Shown: piece after piece, positions 39,776-48,576 of the stretch | Position numbering within the stretch: position 1 is the first letter of the stretch | How the letters are laid out: every line of letters starts with the position of its first letter | NCBI GenBank assembly: GCA_964291625.2 | Contig: OZ220089.1 | Coordinates: 480,001 to 544,000 of the forward strand | Source: Candidatus Latescibacterota bacterium | Lineage (GTDB): Bacteria > Latescibacterota > UBA2968 > UBA8231 | Length of the DNA: 64,000 nt | Direction: 5' to 3' | Position numbers and translations under genes: made by a program | The notes under the pieces: model-generated | The model's database searches: none | What the model saw: the letters and a program-made list of their open reading frames with translations, nothing else | What the model was told of the DNA's origin: nothing

Positions 39776-40486
39776 GGATTGTGTTCTTTTCTAACACGCA
39801 GATGACTGGCCTTGCCCTGCTGCTGGCAGGTTCGATTCATGCCGAGACCTGGATGGGTCTTGAAGTCGAGGCGGAGAGTCGATGCTCGGCCTATAATCGC
39901 ACGCGGGACTATCCATACTCGCAATCCCTGGAGTTCGCGATATCGAAACGGATCGGAGGCATCCGGTGCCGGTACACGGGAAAGGTGTACCGCAGCCTTC
40001 GCCAGACCCACATAGAGCACGTGGTCGCGTTGAGTGAAGCCCATGACTCGGGCTTGTGTGCGGCGGATGCAGCAACGAAGCGTAGATTCGCCAACGACCT
40101 GCTGAACCTGACTCTCTCCGCTCCCGGCGTGAACTCCCAGAAGAGTGGGAAGGATGCCGGTGAGTGGATGCCCCAGATCGATCCCCGCGGGTTTGCGGAG
40201 ACGGTCATCCAGGTGAAGCTCAAATATGGATTGAGCATCGACCGGAGGGAGCGGGCAGCCCTCGAGAGAGCCTTGGACGGCCACCGGGTAGCGCCGCCCG
40301 ACTCCGTGGGAGTCCTGGCCGAGTTGCCCGAGGCGGAAGGGAGTCCTCTCGATCTGTGGGACGACAACGGCAACGGGAGAATCACCTGCGCGGAGGCTAA
40401 ACGCCACGGCATTGCCCCGGTGAGGCGGCCATCCGGCGTACGTCTACATGAGGGACGGTGACGGCGACGGGTGGGTCTGCGAGTAG
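39772..40486 (+). CDS. Secreted HNH endonuclease (DUF1524-like) with C-terminal Excalibur Ca-binding domain; frameshift near 40428
   Basis: Signal peptide ending IHA-ETW; HIEHVVALSEAHDSG...FANDLLNL...VNSQKSGKD..EWMP; ITCAEA..HG.APV.. and, in a shifted frame, HPAYVYMRDGDGDGWVCE*. Confidence 0.78.
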
Positions 40487-40499
40487 GGAGTGCCCCGTA

Positions 40500-40675
40500 T
40501 CGCACGGCAGGTGGGCGCTGACGACGACCCGATAGATCAGCAGTAGCACGCCCGTGACCTTGACGAGAGACAGGCCGAGCTTCGGAACCCAAGGAAGGGC
40601 CCGGTCCCGCCCGGCCAGCTGAGCCCCGATGGAAGGGGCCAGTCGCGCACCATCATCCGTGCCTCGATGGTCGGG
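40500..40675 (-). pseudogene. Degenerate copy of the 3' end of the acyltransferase gene at 45318-46985
   Basis: AGCCCCGATGGAAGGGGCCAGTCGCGCACCATCA (about 40622) vs AGCCCCGACGGCAGGGGCCAGTCCCGCACCATCA (about 45439); translates MVRDWPLPSGL...KLGL.LV.VTG.LLL.YR. Confidence 0.8.
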
Positions 40676-40761
40676 TCGAAGAGCTCCTGACCGAATCCGA
40701 CGTATCCCATGCGCGGGCGTCGGGCACCCGCCCCGCCCGATGGCCCTTGGCGCGGACTTTC

Positions 40762-40825
40762 CAACTAAGATTTTAGTTGACATGCACCCGGACGCCGGCT
40801 ATGTTCCCAACTAAATCCTTAGTTG
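40762..40825 (+). promoter_or_regulatory. sigma70 promoter (TTGACA 40777-40782, 17 bp, TATGTT 40800-40805) with two BlaI-type palindromic operators
   Basis: CAACTAA-gatt-TTAGTTG at 40762-40779 and CAACTAA-atcc-TTAGTTG at 40808-40825, directly upstream of the BlaI-family gene. Confidence 0.85.
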
Positions 40826-40840
40826 AAAGGAGCAGCCGGA

Positions 40841-41248
40841 ATGGCTGAGAGAGAGGGACCCGACAAGAGGCTGACCCCGCTCGAGACGCTGATCATGAAC
40901 GTCCTCTGGGACGATTCGCCCGCCGCCGTCCGGCAGGTCCAGCAGCGGCTGGAGTCGGTCAAGCCCATGGCCTACAACACCGTCCTGACCATGATGCGCA
41001 TTCTGCGGGAGAAGGGCTTCCTGGTCTCGGAGCGCGACGGACGGTCCGACCTCTACCGCCCGGTGGTGACCCGCCAGGACATGGCGCGGCGGTCCTTGGG
41101 CGACGTCATGGACTCCTTCTTCTCCGGCTCCGCCGAGGCGCTGGTGAGCCAGCTGCTCGACGGCCAGTCCCTTACAGAGGAGGAGCTGCGGTCGATCCGG
41201 GCCGAGCTGGACCGAGCTCTCCAGCGCAGAAGGGGGAGGCGGCGATGA
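40841..41248 (+). CDS. BlaI/MecI/CopY family transcriptional repressor
   Basis: LTPLETLIMNVLW, AYNTVLTMMRILREKGF, FFSGSAEALVSQLL; AAAGGAG RBS. Confidence 0.92.
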   Translation: MAEREGPDKRLTPLETLIMNVLWDDSPAAVRQVQQRLESVKPMAYNTVLTMMRILREKGFLVSERDGRSDLYRPVVTRQDMARRSLGDVMDSFFSGSAEALVSQLLDGQSLTEEELRSIRAELDRALQRRRGRRR

Positions 41249-43194
41249 GCGCGGCCCTGAACGGCCTGGGCAACCAGCTCCTTGCCTGGCTGGGTCCGCT
41301 AAGCATCGAGTTGGCGGCGCTGGCGCTCCTGGTGCTGGCGGCCGGCCGCCTGATACGGTCGCCGGCCCTGCGCCACCTGTTGTGGCTCGCCGTGCTCGTC
41401 AAGCCCCTCGTCGCTGTCGCGGTCAGTTCGCCCTACACGGTCTTCGCGCCGCTTGCGCCGCTGGCGGAGCCCGGGTGGGACGCCATCCCCCACGGGCGGG
41501 TCGAGCACCTGGCGGCGCTGGCCCCGGCTGGTGCAACCACTGTCTCGAGCAGCGCGACACTGACGCCCGCAGGCTGGGCGGCGCTGCTGTGGCTTGTGGG
41601 CACGACCTTGTTTGCCGGGCGGATCCTGGTCGGCTTCGGCGTCCTCCGGCGCATGAGGCGGCAGGCGACGGTGCAACGGGAGGGTCCGCTCTTCGAGGCC
41701 CTGCGGCAGGCCCGTGCGGCTCTCGACTGCCATCCCCGCGTCGAGGTGGCCACCTCCTCCTCCATCCGCTCGCCCATGGTCGTCGGCATCCTGAGACCCC
41801 TCATCCTCGTTCCCACCGACCTGGTCGACCGATTGCGGGCGGACGCGCTCTCCCTTGTCCTCATGCACGAGCTGGCCCACGTGCGCCGATGCGACAACCT
41901 CGCGCTGCTGCTCCAGAGACTGGTCTCGGCAGCTCTGTTCTTCCATCCCGCAGTGTGGCTGTGCGCCCGCATGCTGCGGCGCGAGTCCGAGCAGGCATGC
42001 GACGATCTCGTGGTATGCGCCACCGGCCGCGCGGAAGCCTACGCGCGGGGCCTCACCCTGGTCGCCGAAGCTGCGGCCCACTCGAACCTTCCAGCGAGGA
42101 GAATCCCCATGATGAGCACCTTTGCCTCCACCGAGTCCGATCTCTCGCAGAGGATCCGCCGGACGCTGAAGGGTCAGGCAAGCCGGATGGGTGTTTGGGC
42201 GCGGGCGCTGGCGGTGGGACTGGTCTGCCCCCTGGCCGCCGTGACGATGCCCTCTTACGGGGCTGCCGACAACGGCGCGGGTGGCGAAACGGCAGCCGTC
42301 CGCCTGGAGGCTGACTCAACGCTCGCCGAGGGACTGCCGGAAGAGGCGACCGCCACCGACGGGGACGAAGTCCTGACGATCGAGGAACTCGCCGAGAGAA
42401 TCCACCGCATCGTTGCGGTGGGGGACAGCGGGGAAGTAACGCTGACGTTCTCGGCCGACGACGCAAGGGAGTTCGGCATCTTGAAGCTAGGGGAGGTATC
42501 GGTGGCGGTCTCGGAGGAGGAGATCGACACCGAGGGAGTGCGAAACCGCATCGTTGCGGTGGCGGACAGTCAGGGAGTGACAAGGCGGGGGGCGGTGCGT
42601 AGGCGTGAATTGATCCATGAAGCAATCGCTCGGGCGATGGAGGTAGAAGAGATCGAGAGGGAAGCAATCGAGAGGGTAACGGCCGAAACCGACGGGCTGT
42701 CTGCGGAGGAGACGCTCCACCGGATCCTCGAGGCTGTTCTCCAGAGCCACATCCTGCAGCGGGCGGTGGCGACCGATCCGGACGAATGGTCCGATGAGTT
42801 GAAGACCCGGCTACTGGCGCTCGAGCCCAACAGCACAGTCGAGGAGATCGCCGTGGCTGTCCGCAACGCTCGCGATGGATCGGTGGTGTATGGGTACTCC
42901 GTCGGCGGCGAGGAAGGCCATGAACGCGAGAATCTCTTCCTCGTGGTGGATCAGGACGGCAACATGGAGCTGATGAAGGACAAGCCCGTGACTCTCGCGA
43001 CCCTTGGAGAAGAGCTGAAGAAGCAGCGCAGCCTGATGGACAGCACCTCCATGATCATCATCCAGGTCGACAAGGGCGTCTCCCGATCCCGGATCGTCAA
43101 GATCATGGACATCGCGCAGCAGGTGGGGCTCGTCGATCAGATCATCGCCGAGAGGGACAGCACCGCCGACCAGACCATCGCCATTGAGCCGTAG
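41245..43194 (+). CDS. BlaR1-like M56 metallopeptidase sensor with C-terminal ExbD/TolR-like domain
   Basis: RHLLWL, SPMVVGILRPLILVP, HELAHVRRCD, FFHPAVW, EQACDD; C-terminal LVVDQDG...IIIQVDKGVSRSRIVKIMDIAQQVGL. Confidence 0.87.
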   Translation: MSAALNGLGNQLLAWLGPLSIELAALALLVLAAGRLIRSPALRHLLWLAVLVKPLVAVAVSSPYTVFAPLAPLAEPGWDAIPHGRVEHLAALAPAGATTVSSSATLTPAGWAALLWLVGTTLFAGRILVGFGVLRRMRRQATVQREGPLFEALRQARAALDCHPRVEVATSSSIRSPMVVGILRPLILVPTDLVDRLRADALSLVLMHELAHVRRCDNLALLLQRLVSAALFFHPAVWLCARMLRRESEQACDDLVVCATGRAEAYARGLTLVAEAAAHSNLPARRIPMMSTFASTESDLSQRIRRTLKGQASRMGVWARALAVGLVCPLAAVTMPSYGAADNGAGGETAAVRLEADSTLAEGLPEEATATDGDEVLTIEELAERIHRIVAVGDSGEVTLTFSADDAREFGILKLGEVSVAVSEEEIDTEGVRNRIVAVADSQGVTRRGAVRRRELIHEAIARAMEVEEIEREAIERVTAETDGLSAEETLHRILEAVLQSHILQRAVATDPDEWSDELKTRLLALEPNSTVEEIAVAVRNARDGSVVYGYSVGGEEGHERENLFLVVDQDGNMELMKDKPVTLATLGEELKKQRSLMDSTSMIIIQVDKGVSRSRIVKIMDIAQQVGLVDQIIAERDSTADQTIAIEP

Positions 43195-43268
43195 CGAACG
43201 ATTGGCGGCGGGAGCATTCCAGGTGGAGTTGGGCTGGACTCAATCCACGAAGGCCGACGAGGAACCCC

Positions 43269-45310
43269 ATGACGACTTGGTCATTGAGTGAGCTTGGACA
43301 TCGACTCTTCGGCTGGCTGGGTCCGCTGAGCATCGAGCTGGCGGCGCTGGCGCTCCTGGTGCTGGCGGCCGGCCGCCTGATACAGTCACCCGCCTTGCGC
43401 CACCTGTTGTGGCTCGCCGTGCTCGTCAAGCCGCTCATCGCTATCGCGGTGAGTTCGCCCTACACAGTCTTCACTCCCCTGGCGCTACTTGCAGAGCCCG
43501 GCTGGGACGCCATCCCCCATGGGCAGGTCGCGCACTTGGCGGCGCTGGCCCCGGCTGGTGCAACCACTGTCTCGAGCAGCGCGACACTGACGCCCGCAGG
43601 CTGGGCGGCGCTGCTGTGGCTCGTGGGCACGACCTTGCTGGTCGGGCGGATCCTGGTCGGCTTCGGCATCCTTCGGCGAATGCGGCGGCAGGCGCTGGTG
43701 CAGCGCGAGGGGCCACTCTTCGAGGCCCTGCGGCAGGCCCGTGCGGCTCTCGACTGCCATCCCCGGGTCGAAGTGGCGACTTCCCCTTCCGTCCTCGCGC
43801 CCATGGTCCTCGGCATCTTGAGGCCCCTCGTGGTCGTCCCGCGGACCTCGTCGACCGATTGCGGGCGGACGCGCTCACCCTCGTCCTCATGCACGAGCTG
43901 GCCCACGTGCGCCGGTGCGACAACCTCGCGCTGCTGCTGCAGAGACTGGTCTCGGCAGTCCTGTTCTTCCATCCCGCCGTGTGGCTGTGCGGCCGCATGC
44001 TGCGGCGCGAGTCCGAGCAGGCCTGCGACGATCTCGTCGTCTGCGCCACCGGCCGTCCGGTAGCCTACGCGCGGGGCCTCACTCTGGTCGCCGAAAGCGC
44101 GGCGCACTCGAACCCCCCAGGCAGGAGAATCCCCATGATGAGCACTTTTGCTGCCACTGAATCGGATCTCACCCAGAGGATCCGCAGGACCCTCGATGGG
44201 GGTGCGCAACGGATGGGCTGTAAGGCCCGCGTGTTGACGGCGGTACTGCTGTGCCCCCTGGCCGCCATGACTCTGCCCTCCTGCGGCACTACTTCGGAGT
44301 CGGTCAAGGTCCCCGCGGAGTCCGCTCGGGATGAGCATCTGTTCCTGGTGGTGGATCAGAATGGCGCACTGAGGCTGAACGAAAGGTCAGTGACACTTGA
44401 TTCCCTCAGAGACGAGTTGCAGGCGAAGGGACGGCTCGGAAGGTCCTCGATCATCGTCCAATACGACGACCGTTCCCCTCGCGGACGGACGAGTCAAGTC
44501 GTGGACATCGTCCACCAGGCCGGACTGGTAGGGCTCGTCTATCCGGTCGGCGCCACGGAAGGGGATCACTCGGCCTGGAGGGAGGCGATCGCGACCGATC
44601 CGGATGAATGGTCCCAGGAACTGAAGACCCGGCTTCTCGCTCTGGAACCCGGAAGGACCATCGAGGAAGTCGCCCAGATGGCCCGGGTGCGCAGACTTTG
44701 GCGGAAGGAGATGGAGGGTCGGGGGATCGGTCAAGAGCTGCTCGAGCAGATGGACGTGCTGGGGCCGGGAGCCGACATGACCTTCGTTGACGGATATACC
44801 GGTCCCGGCCAGGATCGCGGTCTCGAAGCTGCCGAGCGCCAGATCCAGGAAGCGGTCGAGAGCGGAGTCCTGACAGAGGTGGGTGGTCAGGTCTTCCGAG
44901 AAGCGGTGGCGACCGATCCGGATGAGTGGTCCGATGAGTTGAAGACAAAGCTACTCACCCTCAAGCCCGACCAGACCATCGAGCAGATCGCAGAGTTTCT
45001 CCGCGACCTTCGCGGTGGATCAGTGGTTTACGGGTACTCCGTCCGTAGCGAGAGTCGCCACGAACGCGAGAGCCTCTACCTTCTCGTGGATCATGACGGC
45101 AACATGACGCTGAACGACAGCCCCGTGACCTTCGCCACCCTTGGCGAGGAGCTGAAGAAGCAGCGAAGCCTGATGGGCAACACCGAAATGATCCTCATTC
45201 AGAGCGATGGACAGGCATCGCACCCTCAGATCGTAGAGATCCAGGACATCGCACGGAGGGTGGGGCTCATCGATCAGATCCTCGCCACCGAGCCGCCACC
45301 CGGACGATAG
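43269..45310 (+). pseudogene. Second BlaR1-like M56 sensor with two ExbD-like domains; 1-nt frameshift near 43840
   Basis: 5' part is nearly identical to the first paralog; GTCCCGCGGAC lacks one base relative to paralog GTTCCCACCGAC; HELAH lies in the shifted frame. Confidence 0.8.
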
Positions 45311-45317
45311 ACCGCCC

Positions 45318-46985
45318 CTACCCCCCCGGCCGCACCCGCGGCCCGTTCAGCAGCCGCCCCAGCCAGGTGTAGCGCACCAGGAACCGGTAGACCACCAACA
45401 GCAGGCCCGTCACCCCGACGAGGACCAGACCGAACTTCAGCCCCGACGGCAGGGGCCAGTCCCGCACCATCAGCTGCGCCCCGATGATCAGCGGCACGTG
45501 GGCCAGGTACAGCCAGTACGACGAGTCGGACAGGTAGCGGATGGTCGTGCTCTCGCGGGCGCATGCCCTGCGGAAGAGGCCCATGAACCCGAAGGCCATC
45601 GTCCAGGGATAGATCGCCTGCAGCACCACCGCCTCGGCCCGGGCCGAGTCCGAACCGAGAATCCCATCGCCTGGCCCGAAGGCTCCCGTGGCCAGCCCCA
45701 GGCCGAGGGGGAACAGCACGAGCAGTCCCGCGGGCAGCCCCAGCCACCACCACTTCCCCACACGGCCGTCCCGGTCGTCGCAGTCGAAGTAGATGGCGCC
45801 GAAGGCGAAGAACAGCAGGTAGTAGAGGAAAACGTGGGGCATGGGCAGCAGGCCCAGCGAGGTATCGGCGCCGAAGCCGGGGATCACCAGTCCCATGAAC
45901 GACTGCGGGACCAGGGTCAGGGGGATCAGCCAGAGGAACCGGGCCGGCGACACGACCATCCACCGCGGCAGACTCGGACTTCTGAGCAGGCCCGCCAGGC
46001 TGACGAAGAGGGCGAAGAGGAGGACGAACCAGCACAGGAACCACAGGAACCAGAGGTGGGAGAAGAGAGACACCGCGAAGATCGGCTCCCCCATGGCCCT
46101 GACATACCTGGCGCCGAGCGTTTCTTCCCTTGGCTGGACCATCTCTTGTCCACCGTCGTCCGCTCTGGATCGCTCGAACATCCCGGCGATGTGACGGCGC
46201 CCCGCCCTGACCCGCTCCTCGTCGTACTCGACCTGCAGCAGGCCGGCCAGGTACCGCGTGAGTTCCCCGTCCACCTTGAGGGCATCTCCGGGGGTCTCGC
46301 CCTTGTGGTTCTCGGCGGCCGGGTCCGCCCCGTGCCGCACCAGCAGCCCGGCGACCCCGGTCCTTCCGAGGAAGGCGGCCGCGTGCAGGGGAGTGCCGCC
46401 GTCCCGGCCGCGTCCGTGCACGTCGGCCCCGTCTCTCAGCAGGCGCTCGGCAACCTCGACCCGGCCGGCCAGGGCCGCCCACACGAGGGGGGTCAGTCCG
46501 AAGGCCGGATCGACTCCCTCGATGTCGGCTCCGTCCGCCAGGTGATGGACGACAGCGGCCGGATCGCCGTCCCTGGCGGCCGTCCAGATGTTGTCCTTCT
46601 CGACCGCGGAGGCCCTTGTCTCGAAGGCGGAGGCCATCGCCCGGCCGCTGATCCAGTTGACCGCGGGAACGATGGTGACGAGCCCGAGCAGGAAGGGCAG
46701 GAAGACGCGCCGGAGGCGGTGGGAGAGGAGCGACCTCAGGCCGCGGCGGCGCCAGAGCATGGCGGTGAAGAAGCCGCTCAGCAGGAAGAACACGGGCATG
46801 CGGAAGCCGTGGATGGCGGCGAACAGCAGCCCGTAGAACTCCGTCTGCCGGGTATCCTGCACCGGCCAGGGGAAAGGCGTGAAGGACAGGCCCGCGTGCA
46901 GCACGATGCCGAGGAGCATGGCCGCGGCGCGCAAGGCATCGAGATCGTGGCGGCGGGGGTCAGGGGGCGGTACCGGCTGGGACAT
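45318..46985 (-). CDS. Acyltransferase family 3 (OpgC-like) with inserted ankyrin repeats
   Basis: RRHDLDALRA.AMLLGIVLHA, FRMPVFFLLSGFF, HLWFL, SSYWLYLAH; ankyrin repeats GLTPLVWAA, GGTPLHAAA, GETP. Confidence 0.88.
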   Translation of the reverse strand: MSQPVPPPDPRRHDLDALRAAAMLLGIVLHAGLSFTPFPWPVQDTRQTEFYGLLFAAIHGFRMPVFFLLSGFFTAMLWRRRGLRSLLSHRLRRVFLPFLLGLVTIVPAVNWISGRAMASAFETRASAVEKDNIWTAARDGDPAAVVHHLADGADIEGVDPAFGLTPLVWAALAGRVEVAERLLRDGADVHGRGRDGGTPLHAAAFLGRTGVAGLLVRHGADPAAENHKGETPGDALKVDGELTRYLAGLLQVEYDEERVRAGRRHIAGMFERSRADDGGQEMVQPREETLGARYVRAMGEPIFAVSLFSHLWFLWFLCWFVLLFALFVSLAGLLRSPSLPRWMVVSPARFLWLIPLTLVPQSFMGLVIPGFGADTSLGLLPMPHVFLYYLLFFAFGAIYFDCDDRDGRVGKWWWLGLPAGLLVLFPLGLGLATGAFGPGDGILGSDSARAEAVVLQAIYPWTMAFGFMGLFRRACARESTTIRYLSDSSYWLYLAHVPLIIGAQLMVRDWPLPSGLKFGLVLVGVTGLLLVVYRFLVRYTWLGRLLNGPRVRPGG

Positions 46986-47173
46986 GGAGGTCAGGCCTTG
47001 ATGGCGGATCAAGCCGTGGATGGCTACGGGTACCTCGGAGGAATCCTCACCCTCTTCGGGGCGTCGTATAGTAGCGGGGCTCTCTCTTCACGGACACCGG
47101 GCTCCCCAGTCCAGGAGGACCAGCCATCCTGACCCACAGGCCCATCGCCACACGTCAGGGCTCGCTGCCGCTG

Positions 47174-48568
47174 TTGATCCTCCTCGTTGCCGCGGCCACC
47201 TGCGGAGACGCGGAGACCACGGGCCACGTGGACTTCCCCACCCTGGCCGCCGACGAGGACCCCGACAGCCTCGGCGTGGAGCGCGTCGGCGAGATCGTCC
47301 TCGTCCCCCCTCCCCGTGAGGGCGAACTCCCATGGGGGACCGACCTCTATCTCACGGGGGACCACGCGCTGATGGGCGATATTCGCGGTATCGTCCACTT
47401 CGTCGACATCTCCGATCCCGCCGGCATGCGCAAGGTGGCCGAGGTCCGCACGCCCGGCCCCGCGGTGGACATCAAGATCGCGGGGGACCTGGCGGTGGTC
47501 GGGGTGCAGCAGTTGGACGCCGACTTCGGTCTGCTGATCCTCGACATCTCCGACCCGGAGAACCCCGTCGAGTTGTCGCGGTTCGAGGAACCCGGCCGGG
47601 GCGGCGTCCACAATCTCTTCATCCACGGCGACCGCCTCTATCTCGCTCACATGCACAGCCCGGGCCTGAGCATCGTCGACATCTCCGATCCGGGGGCGCC
47701 CGTGGTCTCGGGCTCCTGGCGGCACGAGGGGGGTTTCAGCAACCTGGTCCACGACATCTTCATCCGCGACAACGTCGCCGTCGTGAGCGACTACGACAGC
47801 GGGCTCATCCTCCTCGACGTCACCGAACCGGACGCACCCGCCCTGTTGGCGGAGCTGCCCTTCCCCGAGGGCATCCACAGCGCCTGGGCCGAGGGGGACT
47901 ACGTCTACTGCAACCAGGAGTTCGGCGGCTGGGCGCGGCGCCTCCACGTCGTGGATGTCTCCAACCCCGGGCAGCCCGAGCTGATCCACTCCTTCGGGAT
48001 GCAACCACCGCCTCACGCGGAGATCCTCGGACCGCACAACCCCTGGGTCCGGGACGGGTTGCTGTACTGGGCCTGCTACGACGCAGGGCTCCGAGTCTTC
48101 GACCTGGGCGACCCGGCGCGGCCGGTGGAGGCCGCCTACCACACCTATCCAGGGTCCGCCTGGAGCGCCCAGCCCCACGACGACGGCCTGGTCTACGTCG
48201 CCGACGGCGCGGTGGGGCTCCAGGCCTACAGGGTCACCATCGCGCCGACGAAGACCGCGGTCGACCATGAACAGGTGAACCGCAGGCCGGGTGCATTCCA
48301 CCTCGCCCAGAGCTACCCCAATCCCTTCAACCAGTCGACGGTGATCCGCGTCGAGCTGGGCGCCCGGGCCGAGGTGGAGCTGTCAGTGTTCAACATGGGC
48401 GGACAGCGGGTGACGGACCTGGCCCGGGGATCCCATGCGGCGGGGTCCTATTCCTTCGTCTGGGATGGACGGGCCACGGGCGGGTTGGAGCTGGCTTCCG
48501 GCGTCTACATCTGCCGGCTCAGGGCCGACGGGCGCGGGCAGGCCCGCAGACTGCTTCTGCTTCGCTGA
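47174..48568 (+). CDS. LVIVD-repeat beta-propeller protein with C-terminal FlgD/T9SS-type sorting domain
   Basis: Repeated (L/I)(I/V)DISDP..P; C-terminal FHLAQSYPNPFN...WDGR...LASGVY..RL...RRLLLLR; the start may be about 45 nt earlier. Confidence 0.85.
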   Translation: MILLVAAATCGDAETTGHVDFPTLAADEDPDSLGVERVGEIVLVPPPREGELPWGTDLYLTGDHALMGDIRGIVHFVDISDPAGMRKVAEVRTPGPAVDIKIAGDLAVVGVQQLDADFGLLILDISDPENPVELSRFEEPGRGGVHNLFIHGDRLYLAHMHSPGLSIVDISDPGAPVVSGSWRHEGGFSNLVHDIFIRDNVAVVSDYDSGLILLDVTEPDAPALLAELPFPEGIHSAWAEGDYVYCNQEFGGWARRLHVVDVSNPGQPELIHSFGMQPPPHAEILGPHNPWVRDGLLYWACYDAGLRVFDLGDPARPVEAAYHTYPGSAWSAQPHDDGLVYVADGAVGLQAYRVTIAPTKTAVDHEQVNRRPGAFHLAQSYPNPFNQSTVIRVELGARAEVELSVFNMGGQRVTDLARGSHAAGSYSFVWDGRATGGLELASGVYICRLRADGRGQARRLLLLR

Positions 48569-48576
48569 GGCAGGCC

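Noticed and set aside
37467-40486. Calling the locus canonical Zorya type I or II
   Set aside because: There is no ZorC/ZorD helicase, the B-like protein lacks the OmpA motif, and the HNH has a signal peptide unlike ZorE; it is reported only as Zorya-like.
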